Made by a program: the position numbers and the translations under genes. Source: Reclinomonas americana ATCC 50394 (Eukaryota). Taken from it: a stretch of DNA of 39,125 bases. The stretch lies in contig PS015124.1 of the NCBI GenBank assembly GCA_048213135.1, forward strand, positions 48,528 to 87,652. Direction: 5' to 3'. A model generated the notes under the pieces. The model made no database searches, had not been told where the DNA came from, and saw only the letters and a list, made by a program, of their open reading frames with translations. This document shows, piece by piece, positions 12,171 through 23,529 of this stretch (position 1 is its first letter; every line of letters starts with the position of its first letter).

Positions 12171-13147
12171 ATGCTTGTGCTTTCCGTGTCTCGAGTGCTC
12201 GTCTCATGTGTGCTGGTGGTGGTGACGGTGTTGGCGACCGTGACATGTGGTAAACGCGGCGCGTGCTGTTGCCTCTCTCGCTGCGCGGCGCGCGGTGAGA
12301 GAGTGCACTCTGTGTGTGATTCTCACTCGCGTCCGATCTGCGCAGCCGCCCGTCCTCATCCGCCACCGCCAGCCAACTTCCCTGCGCGCTTTCCCCAGTG
12401 TTGCGTTCCGCGCGCACGCACTCCGCAGCGCAGCGACGCAGACTCACTCCCACCATCGATCAGTTTTGCCACCGTTTGCCGACCATCGTCCCACATTCGG
12501 GCGTGGTATCCTGGACGCTCGCGTCCCCCAGTGTTGAGTGCTACTTCTCGTTCCTACTCCCTCTCTCCTCCTCCACTCTACTGCGCGTTCACAACACCAC
12601 GCAGTCCTCCCGCCGTACAAGCGCCCACAAGACATCAACGATTTTTCCTTCTTGAGTGACTTTGACGATCTCGACCACGATCGCTCGTACGCTGTGGGTT
12701 GCGTTGTGGCTGTGTGCAAGTGTGGAGCACAGTACAGTATGCTGTACCTCGTGTGCGCGAACTCTCATGCAACCTGCACGCACAGCATTGCCCGGACGCA
12801 CGTACCCCCACTTGTTCCACACGCTGCAGCACGAGCTGATTGGCTTCTCGCCAGCCGCCGCCACCGCCCACGTGCACGACAACCACCATCACGGCCACGG
12901 AGCTGCTGGTGTGACTCCCTTTGTGCGCGGCACTGGTGAGCGTGACGAGATCTTCCGTGCCCGCCACGACATTGCCAATCTGCCGCCGGCAGACAAGAAG
13001 CCGGTGCCGAAGGCACACCGCGGACCCGCCCCACCCAAGCGGCCTCACGCCAAGCAGGCTCTGTTGCGCGACGCACCGCGGTTCTCCTGCGGCGCGAACG
13101 AGCGCTGTGATGAGCAGCGTCGCCGGTGGTTGGCCGGTGCCTGGTGA
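12171..13147 (+). CDS. Secreted Pro/His/Arg-rich protein D, family 2-related (5 exons)
   Basis: Hydrophobic leader MLVLSVSRVLVSCVLVVVTVLATVTC. Four phase-1 introns give AARPHPPPPANFPARFPQ|FLPPFADH...ARVPQ|FLPPYKRPQ...SYAV|ALPGRTYPHL...CGANERCDEQRRRWLAGAW*. The C-terminus resembles that of B. Confidence 0.78.
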
Positions 13148-13538
13148 TGAAATTCTTGGAGGAAGTGTGTGAATTATGTTTTGCATTGTAGTTGCTGTTG
13201 CTGTTGTTGTTATCGCTGCTATACCAGTCTCGCTCGTGGCTGCTCTTCTCGGTAACTCGGCTGTTTCTCCATGACCACATCACCGCGAGATTGACGTCAT
13301 TGTAACTTGCAACTGTTGGCACTTGCCCACGAACAGCAAGGCAGCAGAGTTGTCGTCGGACATGTCCATCCTGACAGACCAGCGCAAGCACAGCGGCATC
13401 ACTTCTTACTCAGTCCTGGACACGAGATGACCAATGCAATGCAATGTATGTGCTGCGTTCAGTTTCGCACGTTGCTCATCGAATTCACACTGGCTTTGTT
13501 TGTTTGTCTTTTGGTTCGACAGTGGAGAAGAGGAAACC

Positions 13539-14289
13539 ATGCGCACCACCACCTGTGTCCTCGTGTTGACTCTCAGCCTGCTGGCGGTGGCCTCACAAGC
13601 CGCAAGTTGCGCGCGACTCATTCTTTGACACCGACAACTGCGTGGTCCCTCTCTCACACTCGCGTACCATCCCCCACACACAGTCCTCCGCGGTCCTCGT
13701 GCCTATGACAACCGTAACCTCTCGGTCGCCCGGATCGAGAACCGACCAGGCGACAGTTGCGTGACCACACCAACACAACACAACGCTGATGAGTGATAAC
13801 AAAACTCATCAGTTTCGTACATCTGAACACATACACAGTTCGTCACGTCGAGCTCAACCAGGACCGCCACCCTGTCTGTTGCGTCCATCCACCCATCGCA
13901 GGCACTCAATCCCTCTGCAGTCCACTCACCCTCTCACTCCCGCAGCGACACCGACTCACCGCTTCCTCGATCGCGATGTGACGCTGGAGGAGATTTACCA
14001 CCGCTCGCGCCGCGCCATTCGTGCGCTGCACGTGCAGGGTGAGCGTCTGCGCCACCAAGTGGCCGGCATCTCCCCGGCTGGCGACACGGACGCCATTCGT
14101 GCGGCGTGCCTGAGTGCGGAGCGTGCACTGGACGAGACGTGGGCGGCGGCGCGTGACGGCATTGTGCACAAGAGCATCGACGCTGGCCTTCCCAACGACG
14201 GCACCCTCACACACACGCTCGACGACAACCATCAGCGTGAGATCAGCCGCCTGCATGTGGCGTGCCAGCGCGCGCAGCACAGCTCGTAA
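13539..14289 (+). CDS. Secreted protein C' (duplicate of C)
   Basis: Same four exons and GTTGCG donors as C; VARIEN replaces VAQIEN. Confidence 0.85.
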
Positions 14290-15265
14290 TTTCCGATCGC
14301 GAGATCTAGAGATCAAGAAGTGTGATGCAGTTTTGTCAATCGTCGCGCGCCATACATGTGCCGCACAGCAGTAATGTACGTACTGGTAATAGCATACATC
14401 GCGACGGGGGGAGGAGAGGGGGAGCGGAGGAGTAAAGAGAGAGAGGGAAGCTGAGCGAAGCCAACAGAGTGAGAGAGAATGACATGGACGAGAGAGAGAG
14501 TAAGAGAGCGACACACACACAAAGAGGAAGAGAGAGAGAGAGAGAGAGCGGGATAGAGATGGAGGGAGAGAGAGAGGTGAGAGTGGTGCACTGGCAGCAG
14601 CCACGCGTGCACACTCACACTCACCACCGATTGCAAGCGAGTGAGTGGACTGGTGATGAACAACTGTCAGCATCAGAATCGAAATGTCACACTCCATCAG
14701 TCAGGAATGGACGCCTGAGAGGCTGCTCATGTAGCATTACCATTGCCATCTCTCTCTTCTCTCGTACATCTTCCTCGCGCCACAAAACTACGTGTTCGAT
14801 ATTTGAAATACTGGTGAAGACAACACCAACACCGCAGCGATATAACAAGTAGAAAGCGTATCCTGACGGCTGAGTCCAACCACATACAGTCGCAGCATGT
14901 CTTCAGTGCGCAGCATGTGCGTGCCTGCGTTCGCTCTCGTCGCGTCGTGACCAGTGGAGACCTCCAGAAGATTGTGCTTGCACCACCACACAGCATGGAT
15001 TCTCCTCTCTCTCTCTCACACACACACACACCACACATTCTATTAGGCCCCGCATAAGTGCATTTAATTCGCAGGAACGCCAAACAGCAAAACAGTGAAC
15101 TCTACAGTACAACAGATACCAAAAAATCAGCGACACCAATGCATGCGCATGCAGCAGTGTGGCAGATGTGTGCGTGTGTGACACACACCAAAAGTGTGCG
15201 TCAGGAGAGGGAGAGGCAAAACAAAAAGAGAAATCAAAAACTCTCTCACTTCCTCTCTCACAAGC

Positions 15266-15945
15266 TTACTGCTTCTTGTCGGTCTCCGAGCGCTGGCAGG
15301 CCACGGAAATGCGGCTCTGCTGGCGCTCGTAGTTGACGTTGAGCAGGTGAGTGAGGTCGGCAGCCACCGGCAGACCAGCCGCGGCAATCTTCTGCTCAAT
15401 GCCCGTGCGCTCCTTGTTCCACGCGTTGCGCAGCTCGCGCTCCGCCTCTGTGCACAGAATGCGGAGGGCCGGCAGGTCACCGTGGAAGCGCGGAGCGCGG
15501 ATGTTCTTGCGCAGCTTGTCGCCCACGTTGCGCAGAGTGCGGATGCCACGGCGAGTGCGGAAACCGATCTCAGTGAGCGTCACGTCGCGGTCGAGCAGGC
15601 GGTGCGAGTGAGGAGCTGCAAAGCAAAAACGGGACGGAAGTCAGCGAAACAGAGCATTGTCCCGAGTGGCGAGAGAAGGAGAGAGGAGAGGAGAGTGGAC
15701 TCAACTCGCCGGCCTCGCCTCCACCTCGGACAGCGGCAGGTTGCGGTTGTCGTACCAGCGCGGACCGCGGGTGACTGTGCTCACAGGGAGAGAGAGAGGT
15801 CGTTGGTGAGCACAATGGCCAGTGCGATTACGCTGCGATCGTGTGTGCATGCGCAACTGTTGTCAGCGGCGCTGGTGCACATCGCACACAGCAGCACGGC
15901 GGCCACGGCCACAAGGAGGAGAGACGAGGTCTTGACAATGGACAT
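15266..15945 (-). CDS. Secreted protein E, divergent family 1 member (3 exons)
   Basis: Signal peptide MSIVKTSSLLLVAVAAVLLCAMCTSA, then ITRGPRWYDNRNL...RPA|TPHSHRLLDRDVTLTEIGFRTRRGIRTL...CQRSETDKKQ*. Donors are A|GTTGCG and A|GTTGAG. Confidence 0.85.
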
Positions 15946-16466
15946 GGTTGCAATGGGGGCAGGTGGCCTTGGCGCGCGAGACGATTGAAGAATTAATGTG
16001 TCCGAATCTGAAAGTGAGTTGGTGATCGCCCGCGTCCCACCTGCACATGCATATCGAGGAGGCCACTCGGGTGGAGAGAGAGAGAATGAAAGGTGGGAGA
16101 GAGTGGGCAGGCTTTGAGCGCGCAGAAAAAACGGTTGCGAATTCTCGACTCGACCTGGTTTCTGCCAACAGTTCGCCAAGATGTACTTGTGCCGAATGAC
16201 AACCAGCCATGTGCAGACCTGGATCAAGGCCAACTCATGAGGCGCGGATGAGATACAGCGTGCTTGGCACACATACACGAGAAACAAAAGTTTGTCCGAA
16301 CCGATATCTGTATCCCGTAAAAGGAACAACAAAGGCCCACTGCTCCTCTCTCCCCATCCATATCACCGCTGCTGTTTCTATTGTTGTCGTCTCTCCGCAC
16401 ACAGATAGCCTGGAGTGACTGCCAACGCACTTTTGTTGCTGACAGGACAGTCGACATCGACCTCGA

Positions 16467-17134
16467 ATGTGGCTTCTTGTGAGCGAAGCATGTCCACCCG
16501 ACGTGCGCGACCTCTCGCTGCTGGATGGTAAACAACAAGACCACCTCCTCGTCCACCAACACGCACTCACCTACACTCACACACAGCATCACACTATCTG
16601 TGTGCGTTCATCTGCAATCGCGCATACACTGTCGGGCGCAATGGTGAGCTCTCTCTCTCACACACGCATGCACACACTCTCTGACTCACACACACACGCG
16701 CGCGCGCACACACAGAGGAAAACAGCGACATCTTGCTGCAGAACGACAAGTCGATCTCACGGTATGAGTTGTCTCTCACTGTGACCACACTTTGACGACT
16801 CACACGCTCATGCGTTACCACAGAGAGCACGCAAAGATCTCTGTTGAGATGCTCTCTGCAGACGAGCTGGTGNNNNNNNNNNNNNNNNNNNNNNNNNNNN
16901 NNNNNNNNNNNNNNNNNNNNNNNNNNNNNNNNNNNNNNNNNNNNNNNNNNNNNNNNNNNNNNNNNNNNNNNNNNNNNNNNNNNNNNNNNNNNNNNNNNNN
17001 NNNNNNNNNNNNNNNNNNNNNNNNNNNNNNNNNNNNNNNNNNNNNNNNNNNNNNNNNNNNNNNNNNNNNNNNNNNNNNNNNNNNNNNNNNNNNNNNNNNN
17101 NNNNNNNNNNNNNNNNNTACGTACGTACGTCGTC

Positions 17135-17216
<82 letters not shown>

Positions 17217-20200
17217 TTTGCTCTCTCTCTCTCTCTCTCTCTCGTACACACACATACACAGGTCACCATTGTTGATTCATCTCGCTACGGGACCATTGTC
17301 GACGGGAAAGCACTGCAGAGTGGATCGCGAGTGCAACTCGCCGACAATGCGCTCATCTTGTTTGGCAAGTTTGGGCACAGCTATCGGTGAGGGTGTGACA
17401 AAGAGAGGTGTTCTCTTCCCCGTTCTCTTCTCCTCCATCTCTGTCTTACTTCCTTCTCTCATTCTCTTCCTCGCTCCCTTCCCTCTGCGTCTTACTTCCA
17501 TTCCATCTATTATTCCTCTCCCTTTCCCCCTTCCCTCTCCCATCCTCTCCGCTTTCCCCCACTGTCGTGGTGGCCCTGTCCATCTGCTTGGTCGGTGACT
17601 ATTTCGATGGTGCTCTGAATGTCGACGTGTTTGCAGTCTGCGCTGGTTTCCGATCACGTTGTGTGTGTCGGTGAAGAAGAAGGTGTTGCGTTCGGAGGTG
17701 ATGCCGGCCGCTGCTGCGTGTGGTGAGTACAGCGGATGGGGAAGAGAGAGACAACTCTTGCGCAGTCGACGATCTTCGTGGATGGTAGCGTTGGTCCTCG
17801 GTCGTCTCTTGCCCACTCGCATTCTGTTCACCGAGCGCTATGTTCCCGTGCTCCTTCTTGCTTATGTCGCATCCTTGCTGTCGTCTGTGCTCGGTGACTG
17901 AGTGAGAGTTGTTGTCGCGATGTGTTCCCGTGCTCCGTCTTGCTTATGTCGCACCCTTGCAGTCGTCTGTGCTCGGTGACTGAGTGAGAGTTGTTCCCCG
18001 TGCTCCGTCCTTCGCTGTCGCACCCTCGCTGTTGTGTACACACGATGCTCGATTGTCTCTTTCGATCACCCAGCACCTCCTGTGTGAGAGAAGTCTTCGT
18101 CGTCCTCCTGCCCTCGGTGTGGATGAGAGTGCCAATTGATTTTTTGCATTCTTCTCATTCCTCCCGCCCTCTCCCCTCAACATGCACAGGCATTCCGCTG
18201 ATCAAAAATCTCCGCGGTGATGTGGTGACCGCCACACATTACGTGACAGACAAGATCACAGGCAGCGGGCCGTTGCGTGTGGATGCTTCACGTTACGGCT
18301 GCTCTTCTCCTGCTCACCACTTGTCTCTCCCGTGCATGCGTGCAGCGATCTGAACGCCATGATGCACCTGCTGCCGATTACATCGCCGCAGTGGGTTGTC
18401 GCCGTGGCGTCGCGGGCGTCGGTCATGTCGCCGCTGCCGTTCACAGGACTGTTTCGTGTGACCGATGCAATCTGCGTGCACAAGCTCCTCCCCACCCACT
18501 CACTCTCATCGATGCAGACATGTGCCTCCCATCGACGACAGTATCAAGGAGATTGAGGGCGTCGACCTGACTCGCATCAACCTGTCGGTGCAGCCGTCAC
18601 GCAAGCGCTTGTTTGAGGACACGGTGGTGGTATTTTTCGACCGCCCAGAAGTTGCGAACCCAGGCACGCACACAGTGCATGCGTTGTGTTCTTNNNNNNN
18701 NNNNNNNNNNNNNNNNNNNNNNNNNNNNNNNNNNNNNNNNNNNNNNNNNNNNNNNNNNNNNNNNNNNNNNNNNNNNNNNNNNNNNNNNNNNNNNNNNNNN
18801 NNNNNNNNNNNNNNNNNNNNNNNNNNNNNNNNNNNNNNNNNNNTTCCTCACACTTGTCCCTTTGCCTACAGTTCATCCAACTGAGCTCGCTGATTTACGC
18901 CGGCGCTGGTCTCGCACACGACGCCTCGTCGTGGCTGCTGGACGATGAGTTTATCCGGCAGTATCGCACCGCCATTATGATGGATCCCACGGAAGCCACG
19001 TTGCCCGACTACATCACCGAGGACAGCCCCGAGTGGGAGGCCACCAGCAAACTGATGCTCGACAAGAGCGACTGGTTGCGCGACCACGGATTCCAGCTGT
19101 ACACCGTTGCGTCTCTCTCGTTGTGACGCGGTGGAGCTATTACTCCCGCTCTCACTCTCAGCGGGCGTGTTTGCTTTGCTTCTCAGTCCCTCTCGTCTTG
19201 CGGTGTGTTGATATATTCAGCTGCCGAACTGTTCTCTCTCTTCTCTCACTGTGTATGTGTATGCTCTTCTTGTCTTGCTGACTGTCTCCCTTCCTCTCCT
19301 TATCTCCCTCCTTTCGTCTTGCGGTATGTTGATCTCCAGCGTATTCTCTCTCTCTCACACACACTCTCTCTCTCTCACACTCTCTCTCTCGCCCTCTGGC
19401 GTGCAATTGTCTCGCTGGTTGTCGCGCTCTCGCGTTCCCCTCCCCCTTCCCGTCCCCCTTCTCCTTCCCTCACCCTTCCCCTTCTCCTTCCCTCACCCTC
19501 ACCCTCACCCTTCCCCTTCCCCTTCCCCTTCCCCATTCCCCATTTCCCCTTCCCCTTCCCCTTCCCCTTCCCCTTCCCCTTCCCCCTTCCCCCTTCCCCT
19601 TCCCCCTCCCCCCTTGCCGTCCCCCTCTCCACCTTCGCCTTCCCTGACCTCCCTTTCCCTGTTCGGCAGATCCAAGAGCTCACGCTCTGCATCATGTTCA
19701 ACACACGTGACCGGTGGTTCTGTGAACCGCGTTCCATTCCACCCGAGCCGCCCGGTTTGTTAAATTGTGCATAATCGAGGCCTTTTCCCCTTGCTCACAC
19801 TTGTCGGCACAGTCCATCAGCCGGTTGTCGTCACTGGGTCCTCCGCCGCGGCCGCGCTGTCGTCGCTCCTGGGTGGTGCCGCTGGTGGCGACGGTGACGA
19901 AGACAGTGACGACGCCTTTCGGTAACAACACAGCGTCACATACCGTTCTCAAAATCGCGCGTCTCACACCCGCGCCGTCTGCAGAGCAACCAGCGAGTTC
20001 ATGCCATTGGTGATTCGCCGACCACCGGCACCGTCGGCCACCCACAACGCAGGGGCCGCCGTCGAGGGGCCAGATTTTCGACGCTTCAAGAAGGCGTGTT
20101 GCCCTGCACTGTTTGTGTCTCACAATGCCGGCGGCAATTGACTCACCAGTTGTCGTGTAGCAACGTGTGTTTGGCAAGTACGGTGGTGCCACGGAGGCAC

Positions 20201-20897
20201 TGGTGGGGCGACGAGAGACCAATGAGCGACGACGACGAGTGGATGTGTGCCTGCCAACCGACGCTCGAGTGGCAGCAAATGGTGCGAACGGCGACGACGA
20301 GGACGAGGAATTCGAGTTTGACGATCGACAAGTCGAGTGTCTGTTTGGGCCCGCTGCGCCACGGGCTGGCTCGTTGCGTCTCTCACTTTCTCACTGCGCT
20401 GTGCCAGCAAACTTACTGCATCAGCAAGCAGCCAACGACCGTCACGTGCTGCCGCCAAGACCGCCAAACCCGCGAAGCGCGTTGCGAGTGCTGTGGACGA
20501 CGGCGAAGACGACTACGATCTGGACGACTACGACGACGATGGTCGACCGAAGCGGCAGGCACGTAAGCGCCGTGCACCGGCAGCCGTGTCGTCCGACGAG
20601 TACGACGATGGCGACAATGACTCGGATCACAGCGTGTCCACTGCGCTTGGGCAACTGCGGGAGCGTCCCAAAGTGCAGAGTACCATCTTTGGCACCAAGG
20701 TCGCCACCGCCGCTGCGCCGCCGGCCAAGGCACGCAAGACGGCGGAGAAGACCACTGCCACTGGGGGCAAGCGAGCCACCGGAAAACGCGGTGGCAAGAA
20801 GGCTGCTGCTGCCGCCCCTGCCGCAGCGGCAAAAGACTTTGGCTCCAATCCCTTCTCGTTTGACAGTGCCGAGGAAGACGACGACGATGGCGAGTAA
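16467..20897 (+). CDS. NBS1: Nibrin / NBS1 (MRN complex): FHA + tandem BRCT + Mre11-binding motif
   Basis: Starts MWLL. FHA: YTVGRN|EENSDILLQNDKSISR|EHAKI...DSSRYGTIVDG. BRCT region: VPPIDD...SRKRLFEDTVVVFF...LSSLIYAGAG and LRDHGFQLYT|IQELTLCIMF...FCEP. DFRRFKK corresponds to the NFKKFKK motif, and the acidic tail contains FSF. The donor of the last intron is not resolved. Confidence 0.88.
17841..18030. repeat. Intronic minisatellite, ~75-82 bp unit, about 2.4 copies
   Basis: TGTTCCCGTGCTCC.TCTTGCTTATGTCGCA.CCTTGC.GTCGTCTGTGCTCGGTGACTGAGTGAGAGTTGTT occurs twice and is followed by a partial third copy, in an NBS1 intron. Confidence 0.8.
20094..20160 (+). other. Probable GC-AG intron in NBS1
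   Basis: AAG|GCGTGT...GTGTAG|CAA is the only junction I found that joins FRRFKK in frame to QRVFGKYGG. Confidence 0.6.
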
Positions 20898-21100
20898 ATC
20901 ACAAAGACAATGACACAATGTGACAGTCCGCTCAACAAAGCCGACCTTGCCTGTTTAAGCGCTGGAGAAGGGGATTCGGCAACGGCTCGTAAAATCACAG
21001 ACACTACGGAATTTCACTGAAGAGAGAGAATGAGAGATTGAAAACAAGTGGCACTCACGACACCAGCGCGCGTGAGGCGATGTACAGACAACGATGACGA

Positions 21101-22706
21101 CTACTTTCGTCCTGAGACTCCACTCGGCCCGGCACCGCTGCCGCCTGCTGCTGCTGAAGACGGCTCCGATCCCCACTCCACATAGCCAGGCGTCTCGGCG
21201 GCCTTGTACTCGTCGACCAGACTTTGCACGATTTCCCTGCGCGACGCAACGCGGCGGTGAGTGCTGCTGCCGCGAACGCGGAGAGAATCATCACGTAAAC
21301 CTTGACGAGTCGAACTCCTCGAGACCGTCGGAGAACATGTCCAGCGCCTGGTAGTTGGCAAGGAAAGCACCTTTGCGACGCAGCTTGTCGTATTGATCCA
21401 GCGTGCGCGAGAACAACTGCTGAATACTGGTGTGGTTGGCGAGCATCAGGCCGCTCACTCGATGCTGCGCGGGGGGTGAGAAAGGACGAAAGAAGAATGT
21501 NNNNNNNNNNNNNNNNNNNNGGAGCCTGTGCCGCCCGCAATGCCGTGGATCATCAGGAAGCCCTCGAGGGAATCGCTGCCGTCGGCCTCGCGATCAATCA
21601 TCTCCATAATGTCCTCGTGCACCTTTTCCGCCTGCTCGAAACCTGCGGGAGGCGGGGAGGAGGAGGGTGAGGGTGAGGGAGAAAGGGGGGGAGGGAGGTG
21701 CGAGGTGAACGCACCAGAGCCCCAGTTGTTGCCGGCACCACCGCCCTCGGGTGAAATGTAGATGTTTTCGGGGTTGAACAGGTTGTGGTAGGTGCTGTTC
21801 TGGATGCCGTTGATGACCTGCGGGAAAGGAGTCGTGAGGCACTTGTCACAGTGACAAGGAACAGAGACAGCACGAAACTCGTGGTTCCAAATCGCACAGT
21901 AGAGCGCGGGGGATGTAGTGTTCGTCGTCGGCCTGCGGAGAGGTGAGGGTGAGGGAATGGGAGAGAGGGAGAAGGGAGAGGGAGAAGGAGAGAGAGTGTG
22001 TGAGAGGGAGGGAATGAGAGAGACAGAAAACAAGCGCAGTTTAATAAAGAGAGGGATGCGAGTGCGTGTGTGCGTGTGTGCGGGAGAAAGAAATAGAGAA
22101 AAAGACAGAAGGAGTCGGATGAAGAGGAGAAGAGAGACAACAAGAAACAGATTACAGACACGGACAGCGGGGCGTCAAGCACAGAGAACAAGCGAAGTGT
22201 CACAGAAAGATAGCAAAGAGCAGAAAGGCAAAGTGTGAGTTCGTGCGCTCGTGTGTGAGAGAAAGAAAAGAGAAAGAGGCACAGGGGGAAAACAAAGCCA
22301 AAAGAAAAGCACACGAGAGAGAGAGAGATGAAGAAAGACAACAAAGTAAGCACAGAGAACAGAGAGTGCATGAACAAGCAGAGTCAACAAGCAGCACAAG
22401 CACACACACACACACACACACACACGGAGAGAGAGAGAGATGAGGAAAGACAACAAAGTAAACATGCATGAACAAGGCACACGCACGCACACAATGAGAN
22501 NNNNNNNNNNNNNNNNNNNGCACACACAGAGACAGTGAGGCCTCTCTCTCTCTCTCCACCACACACACACAGACAGGAGGAGAGAGTGCGTAACTTTGGT
22601 TGCCACATTGGCCCACCTGCGCGCAGACAACGAGGTAAGTATGCATGCGCGTGAGTGAGAGAGATGAGAGAAGTCTCACCTGCAGCGTGACGATCTCGCG
22701 AGGCAT
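21101..22706 (-). CDS. TUBG: Gamma-tubulin (partial; internal exons lost in two 20-N gaps)
   Basis: [42 protein letters not shown]...[14 protein letters not shown]...[38 protein letters not shown]...[11 protein letters not shown]...[20 protein letters not shown]. These segments are diagnostic for gamma-tubulin. Confidence 0.97.
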
Positions 22707-23529
22707 TGTGGAGTGAGTGAGTTGTCAAAGGGATTTTCGCGCCAAATCTTCGCGCCATTTTTGGATCGACTTCGACTGTGAATTCATGAAGGCCGAGGTC
22801 TGCAGATCTGTGTTTGCAGGGTACAGCCTCACCACGATACAGTAACGATTAAAGAAGGGCTCCTGCAGTCTTTCACTTGCCGACGTCGAGAGAAATTCAT
22901 GATCAGAGTTGCATGATCAGCTGCAAGCAACCTGCTTTGATCCTCTCTATCTTCTCCTTCTACCCCTCGTTTGCAGTTGAGGAATATGGACTGCACCAAA
23001 ATGTCAACACCAGAGACACACTTTCATTTTCTGTGACACCTCTCGCTTCCAGCCACCCTCTCACATATCCACGCAGAATTACAAAAACAGATAACACTCA
23101 GGCACTCAGGCACCCCACATTCCTTCCAACGATGCTGCCACACAACAAAAAAAGGCCACAAAATTCTCAGCACCGCCTCCGAAAAAAACACGCACGGGTC
23201 ACATCACGCCAGAGTTGTCTCGCTCGACACCGATACATACAAAGAAACACACAGTCCCCGTGCATCTCAGCTGCACGAGGATGCTATTCTGTGTACACAG
23301 CACACATGCATGACTTGCACACCCTCACGACACACGACCACGAACAGAAGCGGGAGGAGGTAGAGGAGAAATGCACGGTACCAGGCAACGAGCGGTCAAG
23401 AAACGAAAAAAAGGGGAAGAAAAGAGTTCTCCCACGCAGACACACAAGCGAGTCACCACAAGTGGATCGACAAAGTGACAGGGCACAGCAACAAATAAAA
23501 GTGTTCACACCACAACCGCAGCATACACC

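Larger units (their letters stand above)
5136..14817. repeat. Tandem segmental duplication: copy 1 ~5136-9538, copy 2 ~9676-14817
   Basis: Both copies start AACATGCGGAATTCTGTTGTACAC and end near ATACTGGTG. Genes and spacers are near-identical (A,B,C vs A',B',C'); copy 2 additionally carries intact gene D. Confidence 0.92.

Noticed and set aside
16533-16620. Apparent NBS1 acceptor lacking AG (TCTGCA|AT)
   Set aside because: An upstream CACAG ending at 16586 is in frame (ASHYLCAFICNRAYTVGR) and canonical.
21501-21520. Gamma-tubulin seemingly missing over 200 central residues (and ~40 more at 22500-22519)
   Set aside because: Both losses coincide with 20-N placeholder gaps, so this is an assembly artefact, not a truncated gene.
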